32,000 nt of DNA from Candidatus Arthromitus sp. SFB-rat-Yit (lineage in GTDB: Bacteria > Bacillota > Clostridia > Clostridiales > Clostridiaceae). Shown here one piece after another: positions 1 through 10,756 of this stretch; position 1 is the first letter of the stretch, and each line of letters starts with the position of its first letter. The notes under the pieces were generated by a model. That model made no database searches. It saw nothing but the letters and a program-made list of their open reading frames with translations, and was not told the DNA's origin. The position numbers and the translations under genes are program-made. The stretch is from contig NC_016012.1 of assembly GCF_000283555.1 (NCBI RefSeq), positions 90,001 through 122,000 on the forward strand. The letters are read 5' to 3'.

Positions 1-36
1 TATAATTTTACTCATTGGAGTCCTACATATATTTGA
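1..36 (+). CDS. 3' end of an upstream reading frame (…YNFTHWSPTYI*), truncated at the window edge
   Basis: Frame 1 is open from base 1 to TGA at 34-36, followed by a GAGGG-like RBS; too short to identify. Confidence 0.3.
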   Translation, partial: YNFTHWSPTYI

Positions 37-52
37 GGGTGTATTTATTTGT

Positions 53-328
53 TTGAATTTTGAAAGCAATATTAATAAGCTTTATTTACCTATTTATTTT
101 GGGGGTATTCATATAATATTTCTTATGTTTTTTAGAAGAAGTTATTTAAATAATTTTAAATATAGTAAATTTATATCCGGGTTATTCGTTTTTGTATATG
201 GTGTGATTGTTATGATATTATATAAATTTATAGGAAATGTATTTTCGTTAATAATGATTTGTTTTCTTCATGAAGTTATGATTTTGTTAGAAAAGAGAGT
301 TAATAAAGAGATTTGTAAGATTATTTAG
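53..328 (+). CDS. Small predicted membrane protein, 91 aa, unknown function
   Basis: ORF with two or three hydrophobic segments ([18 protein letters not shown]; [22 protein letters not shown]; [10 protein letters not shown]), directly upstream of uvrB on the same strand; TTG start is uncertain. Confidence 0.6.
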   Translation: MNFESNINKLYLPIYFGGIHIIFLMFFRRSYLNNFKYSKFISGLFVFVYGVIVMILYKFIGNVFSLIMICFLHEVMILLEKRVNKEICKII

Positions 329-338
329 GAGATATATA

Positions 339-2321
339 ATGAAAAAGTTTAAGATAAATTCGAAATTTAAGCCTATGGGAGATCAGCCTCAAGCTATAAA
401 AGAACTTGTAAATTCTATTAATTGTGGGAATAAATATCAAACTCTTTTAGGTGTTACTGGATCTGGAAAAACTTTCACTATGGCGAATGTTATAGAAAAT
501 CTTCAAAGACCTGCTTTGGTACTTGCTCATAATAAAATATTAGCTGCACAATTATGCACGGAATTTAGGGAGTTTTTTCCAGAAAATTCTGTTGAATATT
601 TTGTATCTTATTATGATTATTACCAACCTGAGGCGTATGTTCCTCAAACAGATACATTAATAGAGAAGGATGCTTCTATTAATCAGGAGATAGATAAGTT
701 AAGGCACTCTGCTACATCTTCTTTAATTGAGAGAAGAGATACTATAGTTGTGGCTTCGGTATCTTGTATATATGGTTTAGGGAATCCTTTGGAGTATAGG
801 AAGCTTGTTGTTAATTTGAGAGTTGGTATGGTTCGTGATAGGGATGATATTGTACGCCAACTTGTTGAAATACAGTATGAAAGAAATGAAATAGATTTTG
901 CTAGATGTACGTTTAGAGCTAAAGGTGATGTTCTTGATATTGTACCGGCATCTTCTTTTAATGTTGGTATTCGAGTTGAATTTTTTGGAGATGAGATAGA
1001 AAAAATAAGCGAATTTGATATTTTGACAGGAAAGGTTTTTTCAAAGTTAACACATATTTCAATATACCCAGCGACGCATTTCGCTACATCTAAGGATGCA
1101 ATTGAAAATGCGATAAATGAAATAAATTTAGAGCTTTATGATAGAGTTAAGTATTTTAAAGAAAATGGTAAACTTTTAGAGGCTCAGCGGATTAAAGAGA
1201 GAGTTAATTATGACATTGAGATGATGAGAGAGATTGGATATTGCAGTGGTATTGAAAATTATTCTAGGATTTTAGATGGGAGAGAGAAGGGGAGTAAACC
1301 TTATACTTTATTTGATTACTTTCCGTCTGATTATTTGTTATTTATAGATGAATCTCATGTTACTATACCACAGATTAGGGCTATGTATGCTGGGGATAGG
1401 TCAAGAAAAGAATCCCTTGTTAATTATGGATTTAGACTTCCTTGTGCTTATGATAATCGTCCTCTTAAATTTGAGGAATTTGAAGAGAAGATAAACCAGG
1501 TGGTTTTTGTTTCAGCAACGCCTTCAGATTATGAGAAAGAGCATCAGGAAGTTATAGTAAATCAAATTATAAGACCTACAGGTCTTTTAGATCCTATAGT
1601 TGAGGTTAGACCTATTGAAAATCAGATAGATGATTTATATGGGGAAGTTATAAAAACTATAGAGAAAGGTTATAGGGTTTTAGTTACAACTTTAACTAAA
1701 AAAATGGCAGAACATTTAACTGATTATCTGAATGAGTTAAACATTAAAACTACATATATGCATTCAGATGTGAAAACCATAGATAGAATGGAGATAATAA
1801 GGGATTTAAGAAGTGGAGAATTCGATGTTTTGGTTGGTATAAATTTGTTAAGAGAGGGTCTTGATATACCTGAAGTATCCCTTGTATGCATTCTTGATGC
1901 TGATAAAGAAGGTTTTTTAAGATCTGAAACAAGTCTTATTCAAACGATAGGAAGAGCCGCAAGAAATGCAGAGAGTAGAGTTATATTATATGGTGATATT
2001 ATAACAAAGTCTATGAAAAAAGCTATTGATGAAACAAAGAGAAGAAGAGATATACAAATGGAGCATAATAAAAAGCATGGCATAATTCCTAAAACTGTTA
2101 TAAAGGGTATAAGAGAGGTGATACAAGCAACGAAGATATCCAATGAGGGAGTGAGTAAAAAGAAGGTCGATATAAATATTCCAAAAGATTTTGATGAGTG
2201 TATGAAACGAATTGATGTACTTGAGAAAGAGATGAAAAGATGTGCTAAGGAACTTGATTTTGAGCGCGCGATGGAACTTAGAGATGAGATAAGAGAAATT
2301 AAGAAAATTGTATTTATTTAG
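339..2321 (+). CDS. uvrB: Excinuclease ABC subunit B
   Basis: Walker [30 protein letters not shown] beta-hairpin, DEIREIKK C-terminal UVR motif; full length 660 aa. Confidence 0.98.
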   Translation: MKKFKINSKFKPMGDQPQAIKELVNSINCGNKYQTLLGVTGSGKTFTMANVIENLQRPALVLAHNKILAAQLCTEFREFFPENSVEYFVSYYDYYQPEAYVPQTDTLIEKDASINQEIDKLRHSATSSLIERRDTIVVASVSCIYGLGNPLEYRKLVVNLRVGMVRDRDDIVRQLVEIQYERNEIDFARCTFRAKGDVLDIVPASSFNVGIRVEFFGDEIEKISEFDILTGKVFSKLTHISIYPATHFATSKDAIENAINEINLELYDRVKYFKENGKLLEAQRIKERVNYDIEMMREIGYCSGIENYSRILDGREKGSKPYTLFDYFPSDYLLFIDESHVTIPQIRAMYAGDRSRKESLVNYGFRLPCAYDNRPLKFEEFEEKINQVVFVSATPSDYEKEHQEVIVNQIIRPTGLLDPIVEVRPIENQIDDLYGEVIKTIEKGYRVLVTTLTKKMAEHLTDYLNELNIKTTYMHSDVKTIDRMEIIRDLRSGEFDVLVGINLLREGLDIPEVSLVCILDADKEGFLRSETSLIQTIGRAARNAESRVILYGDIITKSMKKAIDETKRRRDIQMEHNKKHGIIPKTVIKGIREVIQATKISNEGVSKKKVDINIPKDFDECMKRIDVLEKEMKRCAKELDFERAMELRDEIREIKKIVFI

Positions 2322-2329
2322 GAGGAATA

Positions 2330-5146
2330 ATGGAATACATAGAGATAAAAGGTGCGAGGGTTAATAATTTAAAGAATTGTAGTGTTAAATTTCCAAGGAA
2401 TAAACTTGTTGTATTTACTGGAGTTTCTGGATCGGGTAAAACTTCTTTAGCTTTTGATACTTTATATGCAGAAGGTCAGAGGAGATATGTTGAATCATTA
2501 TCTACATATGCAAGGCAATTTCTAGGGCAGATGGATAAACCGGAGGTTGACTCTATAACAGGCTTATCTCCAGCCATATCTATTGATCAAAAAACAACCT
2601 CAAGGAATCCTAGATCTACAGTTGGTACGGTAACAGAAATATATGATTATTTAAGACTTTTATACTCGAGAGCTGGAACACCACATTGTTACAAATGTGG
2701 GAAGGAGATAAAACGTCAGACCATAGATCAAATAGTGGATAGTATAATGGATATTGGGGAAGGAAGTAAAATTCAAGTATTTTCCCCTATAGTAAAAAAA
2801 CAAAAAGGAAAGCATGAGAAACTTATAGAGAATATTAAAATGCAGGGTTTTGTAAGAGTTCGCATAGATGGGGAAATTTATGATTTATCAGAAGAAGAGA
2901 TAAACTTAAATAAGAATAAAAAGCATGATATAGATATTTTAGTTGATAGGATTGTTATTAAGAGTTCATCGAGAGGGAGAATTTTTGAATCTGTTGAGAG
3001 CAGTTTGAGGTTTTCTGATGGTATTGTAATTATTGATGTTATTGGTTTTGAGGAGATGCTTTTTTCTGAGAAATTTTCTTGTGTTGATTGTCAAATAAGC
3101 ATATCAGAACTTGAGCCTCGTAGTTTTTCGTTTAATGCTCCTTTTGGGAAATGCGATGAGTGTGATGGAATTGGGAGAAAATTTGAGATAGATAAAAAAT
3201 TACTTATAAATGAAGAGCTATCTATTTTGGGTGGATGTATAAATAGCATTGGAGAAAGTTCTTTAAAAGAAGGGAGTTGGTCTTTTAGTATATTTAAAGC
3301 TTTAAGTGAAAAATATGATTTTTCTTTACATGAACCATTTAAAAATCTAAGTGAAGATATAAAGGATATAATATTTAATGGAACAGAGGAGAAGATAAGC
3401 ATTAAGTATGGAGAAGAAGGAAATACATATAATCATAGATTTGAAGGAATTATGAATGTATTAAAAAGAAGATATAGAGAGAGTTCTTCAAATCATGTAA
3501 AACAAGATATTGAAAGATATATGTCAAACAAAAATTGCGAGAAATGTAATGGTGCGAGACTAAGACCTGAGGTTTTAGCGGTTAAATTTAATGGTGTTAA
3601 TATATATGAATTAACGTGTATGAGCATAGAGGATTCTATAAAATTTTTAGATGAAGTTGAGCTTAAAGGGAAAGATAAAGTTATAGCAGAACCTATAATT
3701 AATGAGATAAGAAGTAGATTGTCTTTTTTAAATAATGTCGGATTATCTTATTTGAATTTAGCGAGAACCGCATCAACTTTATCAGGTGGTGAATCTCAGA
3801 GGATAAGACTTGCTACCCAAATTGGATCGAGCCTTGTTGGTGTTTTATATGTTTTAGATGAACCGAGTATTGGGCTTCATCAAAGAGATAATGATAAGCT
3901 TATAGAAACGCTTAAGAGTTTGAGAGATATTGGAAACAGTGTTGTGGTTGTTGAACATGATGAAGATACTATAAGGGAAGCGGATTTTATAGTGGATATA
4001 GGTAAGTTTGCGGGAGATCAAGGTGGAGAAGTAGTTTATCAAGGGGATTATAATGGGATTTTAAGATCTTACGAATCTATAACAGGAGCGTATTTAAGAG
4101 GAGAGAAAACTATTCTAGTTCCTCAAAGTAGAAGAAGTGGTAATGGAAATTTCATAGAAGTTATAGGGTGTATTGAAAATAATTTAAAAGATATTTCTAT
4201 AAATATACCTCTTGGAACATTAACATTAGTTACTGGAGTTTCTGGATCGGGAAAGAGTACTTTTGTAAATCAAATATTATATAAGGGGATAAATAGAGAG
4301 CTGAACAATTCGAAAGATAAGCCGGGAGCATTTAAGGAAATAAAAGGTATAGAGAATATAGATAAGATAATTGATATAGATCAATCTCCTATTGGTAGAA
4401 CTCCAAGATCGAATCCGGCTACATATATAGGGGTATTCGATTACATAAGGGAATTATTTGCGACAACAAATGATTCAAAGGTTCGTGGGTATAAGCAAGG
4501 AAGGTTTAGTTTTAATGTTAAAGGCGGAAGATGTGAGGCTTGCCAAGGTGATGGAGTTATAAAAATAGAGATGCAATTTTTGTCAGATGTGTATGTTAAT
4601 TGTGAAGTATGTAAAGGAAGTAGATATAATAAGGAAACTCTTGAGGTTAAATATAAAGATAAGAATATATCTGATGTTCTTAATATGACTGTATATGAAG
4701 CTATGGAATTTTTTGAGTCTATACCAAAGATATATAATAAGATAAAGACCCTAAATGATGTTGGATTATCGTATATAAAACTTGGTCAGAGCTCTACGAC
4801 ATTATCAGGTGGAGAAGCACAGAGAGTTAAACTTGCAAATGAGCTATCTAAAAAAAGTACGGGAAGGACGCTTTATATATTAGATGAACCTACAACAGGT
4901 CTTCATATATATGATGTAAGTAAGCTTGTAGAAATTTTACATATGCTAGTTAATAATGGGAATACTGTAATTGTTATCGAACATAATCTGGATGTTATAA
5001 AAAATGCAGATTATATTATTGATTTAGGTCCTGAGGGCGGATCTTTAGGAGGGAATGTTATAGCTAAGGGTAAGCCGGAAGAAATTTGTTTAGTTAAGGA
5101 ATCTTATACAGGTAAATATTTAAGGAAATATTTAGATATTGAATAG
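2330..5146 (+). CDS. uvrA: Excinuclease ABC subunit A
   Basis: Two ABC ATPase halves (GVSGSGKTSLAFDTL, GVSGSGKSTFVNQIL), signatures STLSGGESQRIRLA and TTLSGGEAQRVKLA, and CxxC zinc motifs; RBS GGAGG before ATG. Confidence 0.98.
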   Translation: MEYIEIKGARVNNLKNCSVKFPRNKLVVFTGVSGSGKTSLAFDTLYAEGQRRYVESLSTYARQFLGQMDKPEVDSITGLSPAISIDQKTTSRNPRSTVGTVTEIYDYLRLLYSRAGTPHCYKCGKEIKRQTIDQIVDSIMDIGEGSKIQVFSPIVKKQKGKHEKLIENIKMQGFVRVRIDGEIYDLSEEEINLNKNKKHDIDILVDRIVIKSSSRGRIFESVESSLRFSDGIVIIDVIGFEEMLFSEKFSCVDCQISISELEPRSFSFNAPFGKCDECDGIGRKFEIDKKLLINEELSILGGCINSIGESSLKEGSWSFSIFKALSEKYDFSLHEPFKNLSEDIKDIIFNGTEEKISIKYGEEGNTYNHRFEGIMNVLKRRYRESSSNHVKQDIERYMSNKNCEKCNGARLRPEVLAVKFNGVNIYELTCMSIEDSIKFLDEVELKGKDKVIAEPIINEIRSRLSFLNNVGLSYLNLARTASTLSGGESQRIRLATQIGSSLVGVLYVLDEPSIGLHQRDNDKLIETLKSLRDIGNSVVVVEHDEDTIREADFIVDIGKFAGDQGGEVVYQGDYNGILRSYESITGAYLRGEKTILVPQSRRSGNGNFIEVIGCIENNLKDISINIPLGTLTLVTGVSGSGKSTFVNQILYKGINRELNNSKDKPGAFKEIKGIENIDKIIDIDQSPIGRTPRSNPATYIGVFDYIRELFATTNDSKVRGYKQGRFSFNVKGGRCEACQGDGVIKIEMQFLSDVYVNCEVCKGSRYNKETLEVKYKDKNISDVLNMTVYEAMEFFESIPKIYNKIKTLNDVGLSYIKLGQSSTTLSGGEAQRVKLANELSKKSTGRTLYILDEPTTGLHIYDVSKLVEILHMLVNNGNTVIVIEHNLDVIKNADYIIDLGPEGGSLGGNVIAKGKPEEICLVKESYTGKYLRKYLDIE

Positions 5147-5305
5147 GATTTTTATTATGAATTTTTGGGAATTAATTTCAAAGGGTATATCTATATGTAG
5201 TGTGTTTTTGCTTTTTTATATAGTTTTAACACTTATAAAGAATTACATATTCAATGATTTTTGATATTAGGATTTTTTATAAAATGCGGATCATAAGGAG
5301 TGAAA

Positions 5306-6514
5306 ATGGTAGAAAATATAAATGAAAAGAAGTTATATTTTATATTAAATTTAGCTTTATCCCTTATAGTTTTTTTAAATTTATTTGTGGCAAAAAGGAG
5401 CTTAGATTTTTATCTATGCTTTATATCAATCTCATACATATCTATTATATTTATTGTTTATCTTTTTCAAAAAAATATATTTAAAAAAGTAGATAATTCG
5501 TTAAATTTAATTATAAATTTATTTGTGCTTCTTGGACTTACAATTATATATAGAATAAATCCAACGATGGCGTTTAAACAGTGCATATTATTTTTATTTG
5601 GATACATGGTTTATTTTATCGTTATGTTTTTTGTGAGGGATATGAATGAGTTTTTTAAGTTTAAATGGGTGTATTTTTGTTTAGCGCTTATATTTATGAG
5701 TATATCTTTTTTGTTTGGAAAGTACATAAATGGTTCGAAAAATTGGATTTCTTTATTTGGGATAACATTTCAACCATCTGAGTTTGGTAAAATTTTTATA
5801 ATTTTATATCTATCTTCTGTGCTCAGAAATAATAGGGATAAGGTTGATAAATATATGGCTATATTCCTTATACTTTTTAGTTTGACTATTTTAACACTTC
5901 AGAGAGATTTGGGGACAGCTGTAATTGTATTTGTTTTGAGTATGCTTATGTATTATATAAGAACCTCTAAGTATAAATTTTTGATGTTTATAATTATATC
6001 AACTTTAATACTCGGGGTGCTTGCTTATATTAATTTTTCGCATGTTAGGGTTCGTATCCATGCTTGGTTAAATCCTGAAAGTGATCCTACTCGTACAACA
6101 TATCAGGTACTACAAGGATTTTTTGCTATGGGATCAGGAGGATTTTTAGGAAGTGGATTATACAAAGGGAATTTAGAGCTTATACCTGTTAATTATACTG
6201 ATTATATATTTGTGTCTATTGTGGAAGAACTTGGTATATTTACTGGATTATTAATTGTCTTCTTATATTTTTTATTCTTCGTTAAAGTTATGAAAAATAG
6301 TGTAAAGATGAAATCCAAAGATGAAAGTAAACTTATTATGATTGGGTTTAATGTAATAATTGCACTTCAGACTACAATTATTTTAGGAGGAGTTTTAAAT
6401 TTAATACCTTTAACTGGAGTTACGTTACCATTTATAAGTTATGGAGGGAGTTCAATTATAAGTTTGTTTATTATGTTTGGGATTATGCAAAAAATATTAG
6501 AGGGGGATATTTGA
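5306..6514 (+). CDS. FtsW/RodA/SpoVE-family SEDS peptidoglycan polymerase
   Basis: Polytopic protein with TLQRDLGTAVIVF and GVTLPFISYGGSSIISLF. ORF track starts at GTG 5300, but that codon overlaps the AAGGAG RBS; ATG 5306 is the better start. Confidence 0.9.
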   Translation: MVENINEKKLYFILNLALSLIVFLNLFVAKRSLDFYLCFISISYISIIFIVYLFQKNIFKKVDNSLNLIINLFVLLGLTIIYRINPTMAFKQCILFLFGYMVYFIVMFFVRDMNEFFKFKWVYFCLALIFMSISFLFGKYINGSKNWISLFGITFQPSEFGKIFIILYLSSVLRNNRDKVDKYMAIFLILFSLTILTLQRDLGTAVIVFVLSMLMYYIRTSKYKFLMFIIISTLILGVLAYINFSHVRVRIHAWLNPESDPTRTTYQVLQGFFAMGSGGFLGSGLYKGNLELIPVNYTDYIFVSIVEELGIFTGLLIVFLYFLFFVKVMKNSVKMKSKDESKLIMIGFNVIIALQTTIILGGVLNLIPLTGVTLPFISYGGSSIISLFIMFGIMQKILEGDI

Positions 6515-7920
6515 TGAATAAGAATTTGAAGATAATATCATTTATATTTTCATTTTTATTCTTGCTTATTATATCTTCTCTTATATATTTTTGGGTTTTT
6601 AAGTCTACATATTATGCAGAGCATGCATTAAATAAAAGATCATTTAATGAAAGGTTTAAATTTACTAGAGGTAGAATTTTAGATAGGGAAGGAAATGTTT
6701 TAGCTTATAGTGAGGAGAATGGACAAAAAAGGATTTATCCATATGGAGAGGCGTTATTTCATCCAATAGGATACGCGGATATTAAATATGGTATGTCTGG
6801 TATTGAAAATGAGATGGATGAGTATTTAAGAGAACCTAGAGGTTTTATAAGTGGAATTAAATCTTTTTTTGGTTATGAGGATACAAAGGGAAGTGATATT
6901 AAATTAACAATAAACAGTGAACTTCAAAGGTATGCATATGAAATTATTGGAGATAATAGGGGAGCTATTGTTGTTATGAATCCTAAAACTGGAGAAATTT
7001 ATGCTCTTGTGAGTAAACCATCATTTGATCCAAATAATTTGAATGATATTTGGGAGGAGATTATGTCAAATGAGGATGCTCCATTATACAATAGAGCTAT
7101 AAATGGAAAGTATCCACCAGGGTCTACTTTTAAAGTTTTAACATCATCTTTAGCTATAGAGAGTATTGATAATATACTTAATAGAAGATTTAAAGATCAA
7201 GGGTTTATTGATTTTAGTGATTCTAGTAGATTATATAATCAAAATGGTAAGGCGTTTGGAGAATTAAGTTTAAAAGATGCATTTATAAAATCTAGCAATG
7301 TTGTATTTGGAAATTTAGCCTTAGAGCTTGGAAATAATGAGCTTAAAAATTATGCTGAAAGATTTTATTTTAATAGGAATTTAAATTTAATGGGATTAAG
7401 TGTATCTAAAAGTTATTTTCCTAAATTAAATGAGAATGAGATTGGACTTATTGCTCAAACAGGAATTGGTCAAGGTCCAATATTGATAACTCCGATTAAC
7501 CTTGCTTTAATATCAAGTACGATTGCAAATGATGGAATTATGATGAAGCCTTACATAGTGTCTGAAGTTTCAAATTCTTATGGTAATATTATAAATAAAA
7601 ATGTGAAGAATATATTGTCAAAACCCATAAAGCGTAATACCTCATCTATTATATCCTCATATATGAGAGGTGTTGTTGAGAGCAATTTATCTCATATAAG
7701 TGAATTTTCAAATATTAAGGCGTGTGGTAAAACAGGAACTGCTGATTATAAAGATGGAGATGGTGATGGTATTCCTCATTCTTTGTTCATAGGTTTTGCT
7801 CCATATGATGATCCTAAGGTTTCTATATCGGTAATAGTTGAAGGTGGAGGAGAAGGTAGGGGAATTGCATCTGAGATTTCTTCTAAGGTAATGAAAAAGT
7901 CAATTGAATTAATTGGGTAA
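6514..7920 (+). CDS. pbpA: Class B penicillin-binding protein (PbpA/PBP2-like transpeptidase)
   Basis: N-terminal TM helix, PGSTFK (SxxK), SSN (SxN), KTGTA motifs. ATG 6514 overlaps the TGA (6512-6514) of the preceding gene, so translational coupling is likely. Confidence 0.92.
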   Translation: MNKNLKIISFIFSFLFLLIISSLIYFWVFKSTYYAEHALNKRSFNERFKFTRGRILDREGNVLAYSEENGQKRIYPYGEALFHPIGYADIKYGMSGIENEMDEYLREPRGFISGIKSFFGYEDTKGSDIKLTINSELQRYAYEIIGDNRGAIVVMNPKTGEIYALVSKPSFDPNNLNDIWEEIMSNEDAPLYNRAINGKYPPGSTFKVLTSSLAIESIDNILNRRFKDQGFIDFSDSSRLYNQNGKAFGELSLKDAFIKSSNVVFGNLALELGNNELKNYAERFYFNRNLNLMGLSVSKSYFPKLNENEIGLIAQTGIGQGPILITPINLALISSTIANDGIMMKPYIVSEVSNSYGNIINKNVKNILSKPIKRNTSSIISSYMRGVVESNLSHISEFSNIKACGKTGTADYKDGDGDGIPHSLFIGFAPYDDPKVSISVIVEGGGEGRGIASEISSKVMKKSIELIG

Positions 7921-7946
7921 TATATGAGTTTTGGGTGGTGTTCACG

Positions 7947-9815
7947 TTGTTTGATATAAAGTATAATATTAGTATTTTACCAGAATCTCCTGGTGTTTAT
8001 ATAATGAAAGATAAAGATGAGAATGTTATATATGTAGGTAAAGCTAAGAATTTAAGGAAAAGGGTTTCTCAATATTTTAGGAAAACTCAGAATCATTCAG
8101 AAAAGACAAGATCACTTGTGAAAAATATAATAGAATTTGAGTACATAGTAACCGAGAATGAAATAGAAGCATTGATATTAGAGGATAGTTTAATAAAGAA
8201 ATATCAACCTAAGTATAATATTTTGCTAAAAGATGATAAAACATATCCATTTATAAAGATAACGATAAATGAAGATTTTCCGAGAGTGTTTTCAACAAAA
8301 AATTATATAAAAGATGGAAATTTATATTTTGGACCTTTTCCTTCCATAAATTCTGTTAATGAGATAATGTCGCTTATCCGAAGCTATTTTTTAGTAAGGA
8401 GCTGTAACATACATATAAAAGATGGAGTTAAATCGTGTAGACCATGTATTTATTATCAAACTAAGAAATGTAATGCTCCTTGTTATGGTCTTATATCTAA
8501 AGAAAAGTATGGTGAAATAATAAATGAAATTAGCGATATATTAAATGGTAAAAGTAAGGATTATATTTTGAATTTATTAAAAGAGCAAATGTTTAAACAT
8601 TCTGAAAACTTGGAATATGAACAAGCGAGAGATATACGAGATAAAATAGAAGGAATAAAACTTATTTTTGAGAAGCAGAGTATTTTTTCTGGGGGAGAGA
8701 ATTCTGAGGATTATATAAATATTTTTAGATATGATAATGAAGCATGTGTGCAGGTATTTTTTCTAAGGAATGGAAGAGTAGTTGGAAGAGAACATTTTGT
8801 ATTTGAAAATATTATGGGTGATAATGATGAACATATAATTGAACAATTTATAAAGAGTTATTATGGGGGAACCGCTCAAATTCCAAGTTATATATATTCT
8901 CCAGAATTTTTAGATAAAGATAACATAGAAAAATGGATTAATATAAAGTCAAAGAGAAAAGTTTATTTTAAGACCCCAAAAGGTGGGGAGAAAAAAGAGC
9001 TTTTTGATTTAGTTAGAAAAAATGCAAGAGTTATGTTAGATAGGTTTAAAAAGAATAAATATTTATGCTCAGTTGATAGAGAAAGTGATTATTTAAATGA
9101 GCTTAAAGATATATTATGCATGAACTCTAAGATAGATAGAATTGAAGCTTATGATATTTCAAATATAAGTGGATTTGATTCAGTCGGGAGCATGGTTGTA
9201 TTTAATAATGGAACGCCAAATAAAACTCAATATAGGAGATTTAAAATAAAGAGTGTACAAGGTCCTGATGATTATAAGAGTATGAAGGAAATAGTATCTA
9301 GGAGATTTGAACATGCTTTAAAAGAAATTAAGTGCATACAGGAAGGAGAGCTAGAGCATACTTATGGTAAGTTTTGCATATTTCCAGATTTGATATTAGT
9401 AGATGGTGGATGTGGACATATAAATGCTGTTGAGGAAGTGCTTAAAAGTTTTAATATAAACATAGCTGTTTGTGGCATGGTTAAAGATGATAAACACAGA
9501 ACGAGAGGACTTATATATAAAAATCAAGAGTTAAATATCTCGAGCGAGCTTATTAAATTTATTACAAGGGTGCAAGATGAGGTACATAGATATGCCATAA
9601 CTTATCATAGGAGTTTGAGAGATAAGAGGAGTTTAGGATCTATACTTGATGAGATACCTAATATTGGTAGTAAAAGAAGGAGGGACCTTTTGATGTATTT
9701 TAGTAGTGTTGAAGGTATTAAAAAAGCATCTATTGAGGATCTTTTAAAGGTTCCTAGTATGAACAGATCATCGAGTGAATCTATATTAAAATTTTTCAAT
9801 AAGAGTAAGACTTAA
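7947..9815 (+). CDS. uvrC: Excinuclease ABC subunit C
   Basis: GIY-YIG domain (LPESPGVYIMKDKDENVIYVGKAKNLRKRV), UVR motif (EYEQARDIRDKIEGI), RNaseH-like region, C-terminal HhH. ORF track starts at GTG 7935; TTG 7947 gives a canonical MFD… start behind GGGTGGTG. Confidence 0.95.
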   Translation: MFDIKYNISILPESPGVYIMKDKDENVIYVGKAKNLRKRVSQYFRKTQNHSEKTRSLVKNIIEFEYIVTENEIEALILEDSLIKKYQPKYNILLKDDKTYPFIKITINEDFPRVFSTKNYIKDGNLYFGPFPSINSVNEIMSLIRSYFLVRSCNIHIKDGVKSCRPCIYYQTKKCNAPCYGLISKEKYGEIINEISDILNGKSKDYILNLLKEQMFKHSENLEYEQARDIRDKIEGIKLIFEKQSIFSGGENSEDYINIFRYDNEACVQVFFLRNGRVVGREHFVFENIMGDNDEHIIEQFIKSYYGGTAQIPSYIYSPEFLDKDNIEKWINIKSKRKVYFKTPKGGEKKELFDLVRKNARVMLDRFKKNKYLCSVDRESDYLNELKDILCMNSKIDRIEAYDISNISGFDSVGSMVVFNNGTPNKTQYRRFKIKSVQGPDDYKSMKEIVSRRFEHALKEIKCIQEGELEHTYGKFCIFPDLILVDGGCGHINAVEEVLKSFNINIAVCGMVKDDKHRTRGLIYKNQELNISSELIKFITRVQDEVHRYAITYHRSLRDKRSLGSILDEIPNIGSKRRRDLLMYFSSVEGIKKASIEDLLKVPSMNRSSSESILKFFNKSKT

Positions 9816-9834
9816 TTATAAGGGGAAATTCTGT

Positions 9835-10755
9835 ATGTATGGTGATTATAAGGTTTTATTAGAACAATTAAAATTTATCTTATGTTCTGAAAATATAAAG
9901 ATAGATGAATCAATGAAAAAGTATACGACGTTTAAATTAGGTGGAGCTTGTGATATTATGATTTTTCCATCAAGCGAAGAAGAACTTATAGAATCTATAA
10001 AATGTATTATAAAAAATAAGACTCCATATTTTGTGTTAGGACGTGGATCCAACCTTCTTGTTAAGGACAAGGGTATTAGAGGTGTTGTTGTTAATTTAAC
10101 TAAGTTAAACAGGGTAAGTATAGAGAAAAATATAATAAGAGCTGAATCTGGGGCCAATTTATCAAATGTATCCATAATTGCAAAGGATAATTCTTTGTGT
10201 GGATTTTCTTTTGCTTGTGGAATACCTGGAACCATTGGTGGTGCTGTTAATATGAATGCAGGAGCATATGGTGGAGAAATGAGTCAAGTAGTAATTGGAG
10301 TTAAAGTTATTGATTTAAATGGAGAAGTATTTTATATACCAAGGGAAGAAATAGAGTTTGGATATAGAACAACTACAGTGATGGAAAGAAAATATATAGT
10401 TATAAGATGCGATATATCTTTGGAATATGGAAATAAAGAAGAAATTCATGATGAGATGAAAGATTTAATGCACAAAAGAAAAATGAAACAACCTATTGAG
10501 TATCCATCTGCAGGAAGTACTTTTAAACGTCCAGAGGGATATTTTGCAGGTAAGCTCATAGAAGATTGTGGATTTAGAGGATATATACACAAAAATGTAA
10601 TGGTATCTGAAAAGCATTGTGGGTTTATTGTTACAAGAAATGAAAATGCTACAGCTAGTGAGGTTTTGGAACTTATCGATATAGTTAAAAATAGAGTATA
10701 CGATAAATTTAATGTTATGTTAGATACGGAAGTTAGAATTATTGGAGAGGATTAA
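9835..10755 (+). CDS. murB: UDP-N-acetylenolpyruvoylglucosamine reductase
   Basis: YTTFKLGG, LGRGSNLLV, GIPGTIGGAVNMNAGAYGGE, YPSAGSTFKRP, EKHCGFIV. Confidence 0.96.
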   Translation: MYGDYKVLLEQLKFILCSENIKIDESMKKYTTFKLGGACDIMIFPSSEEELIESIKCIIKNKTPYFVLGRGSNLLVKDKGIRGVVVNLTKLNRVSIEKNIIRAESGANLSNVSIIAKDNSLCGFSFACGIPGTIGGAVNMNAGAYGGEMSQVVIGVKVIDLNGEVFYIPREEIEFGYRTTTVMERKYIVIRCDISLEYGNKEEIHDEMKDLMHKRKMKQPIEYPSAGSTFKRPEGYFAGKLIEDCGFRGYIHKNVMVSEKHCGFIVTRNENATASEVLELIDIVKNRVYDKFNVMLDTEVRIIGED

Positions 10756-10756
10756 A

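Noticed and set aside
1750-2143. Antisense ORFs (60 and 67 aa) within uvrB
   Set aside because: Lie wholly opposite strongly conserved uvrB coding sequence; no RBS or homology signal; shadow ORFs from codon bias.
3091-4042. 103-aa (+ track label -) and 62-aa minus ORFs inside uvrA
   Set aside because: Fully antisense to clear UvrA motifs; no independent support.
5147-5257. Frame-preserving open extension after the uvrA TAG stop (DFYYEFFWELISKGISICSVFLLFYSFNTYKELHIQ*), suggestive of read-through
   Set aside because: About 36 codons is easily reached by chance in an AT-rich gap; UvrA is already full length; no recoding signal.
9605-10235. Minus-strand ORFs inside uvrC and murB
   Set aside because: Antisense shadows of conserved domains.
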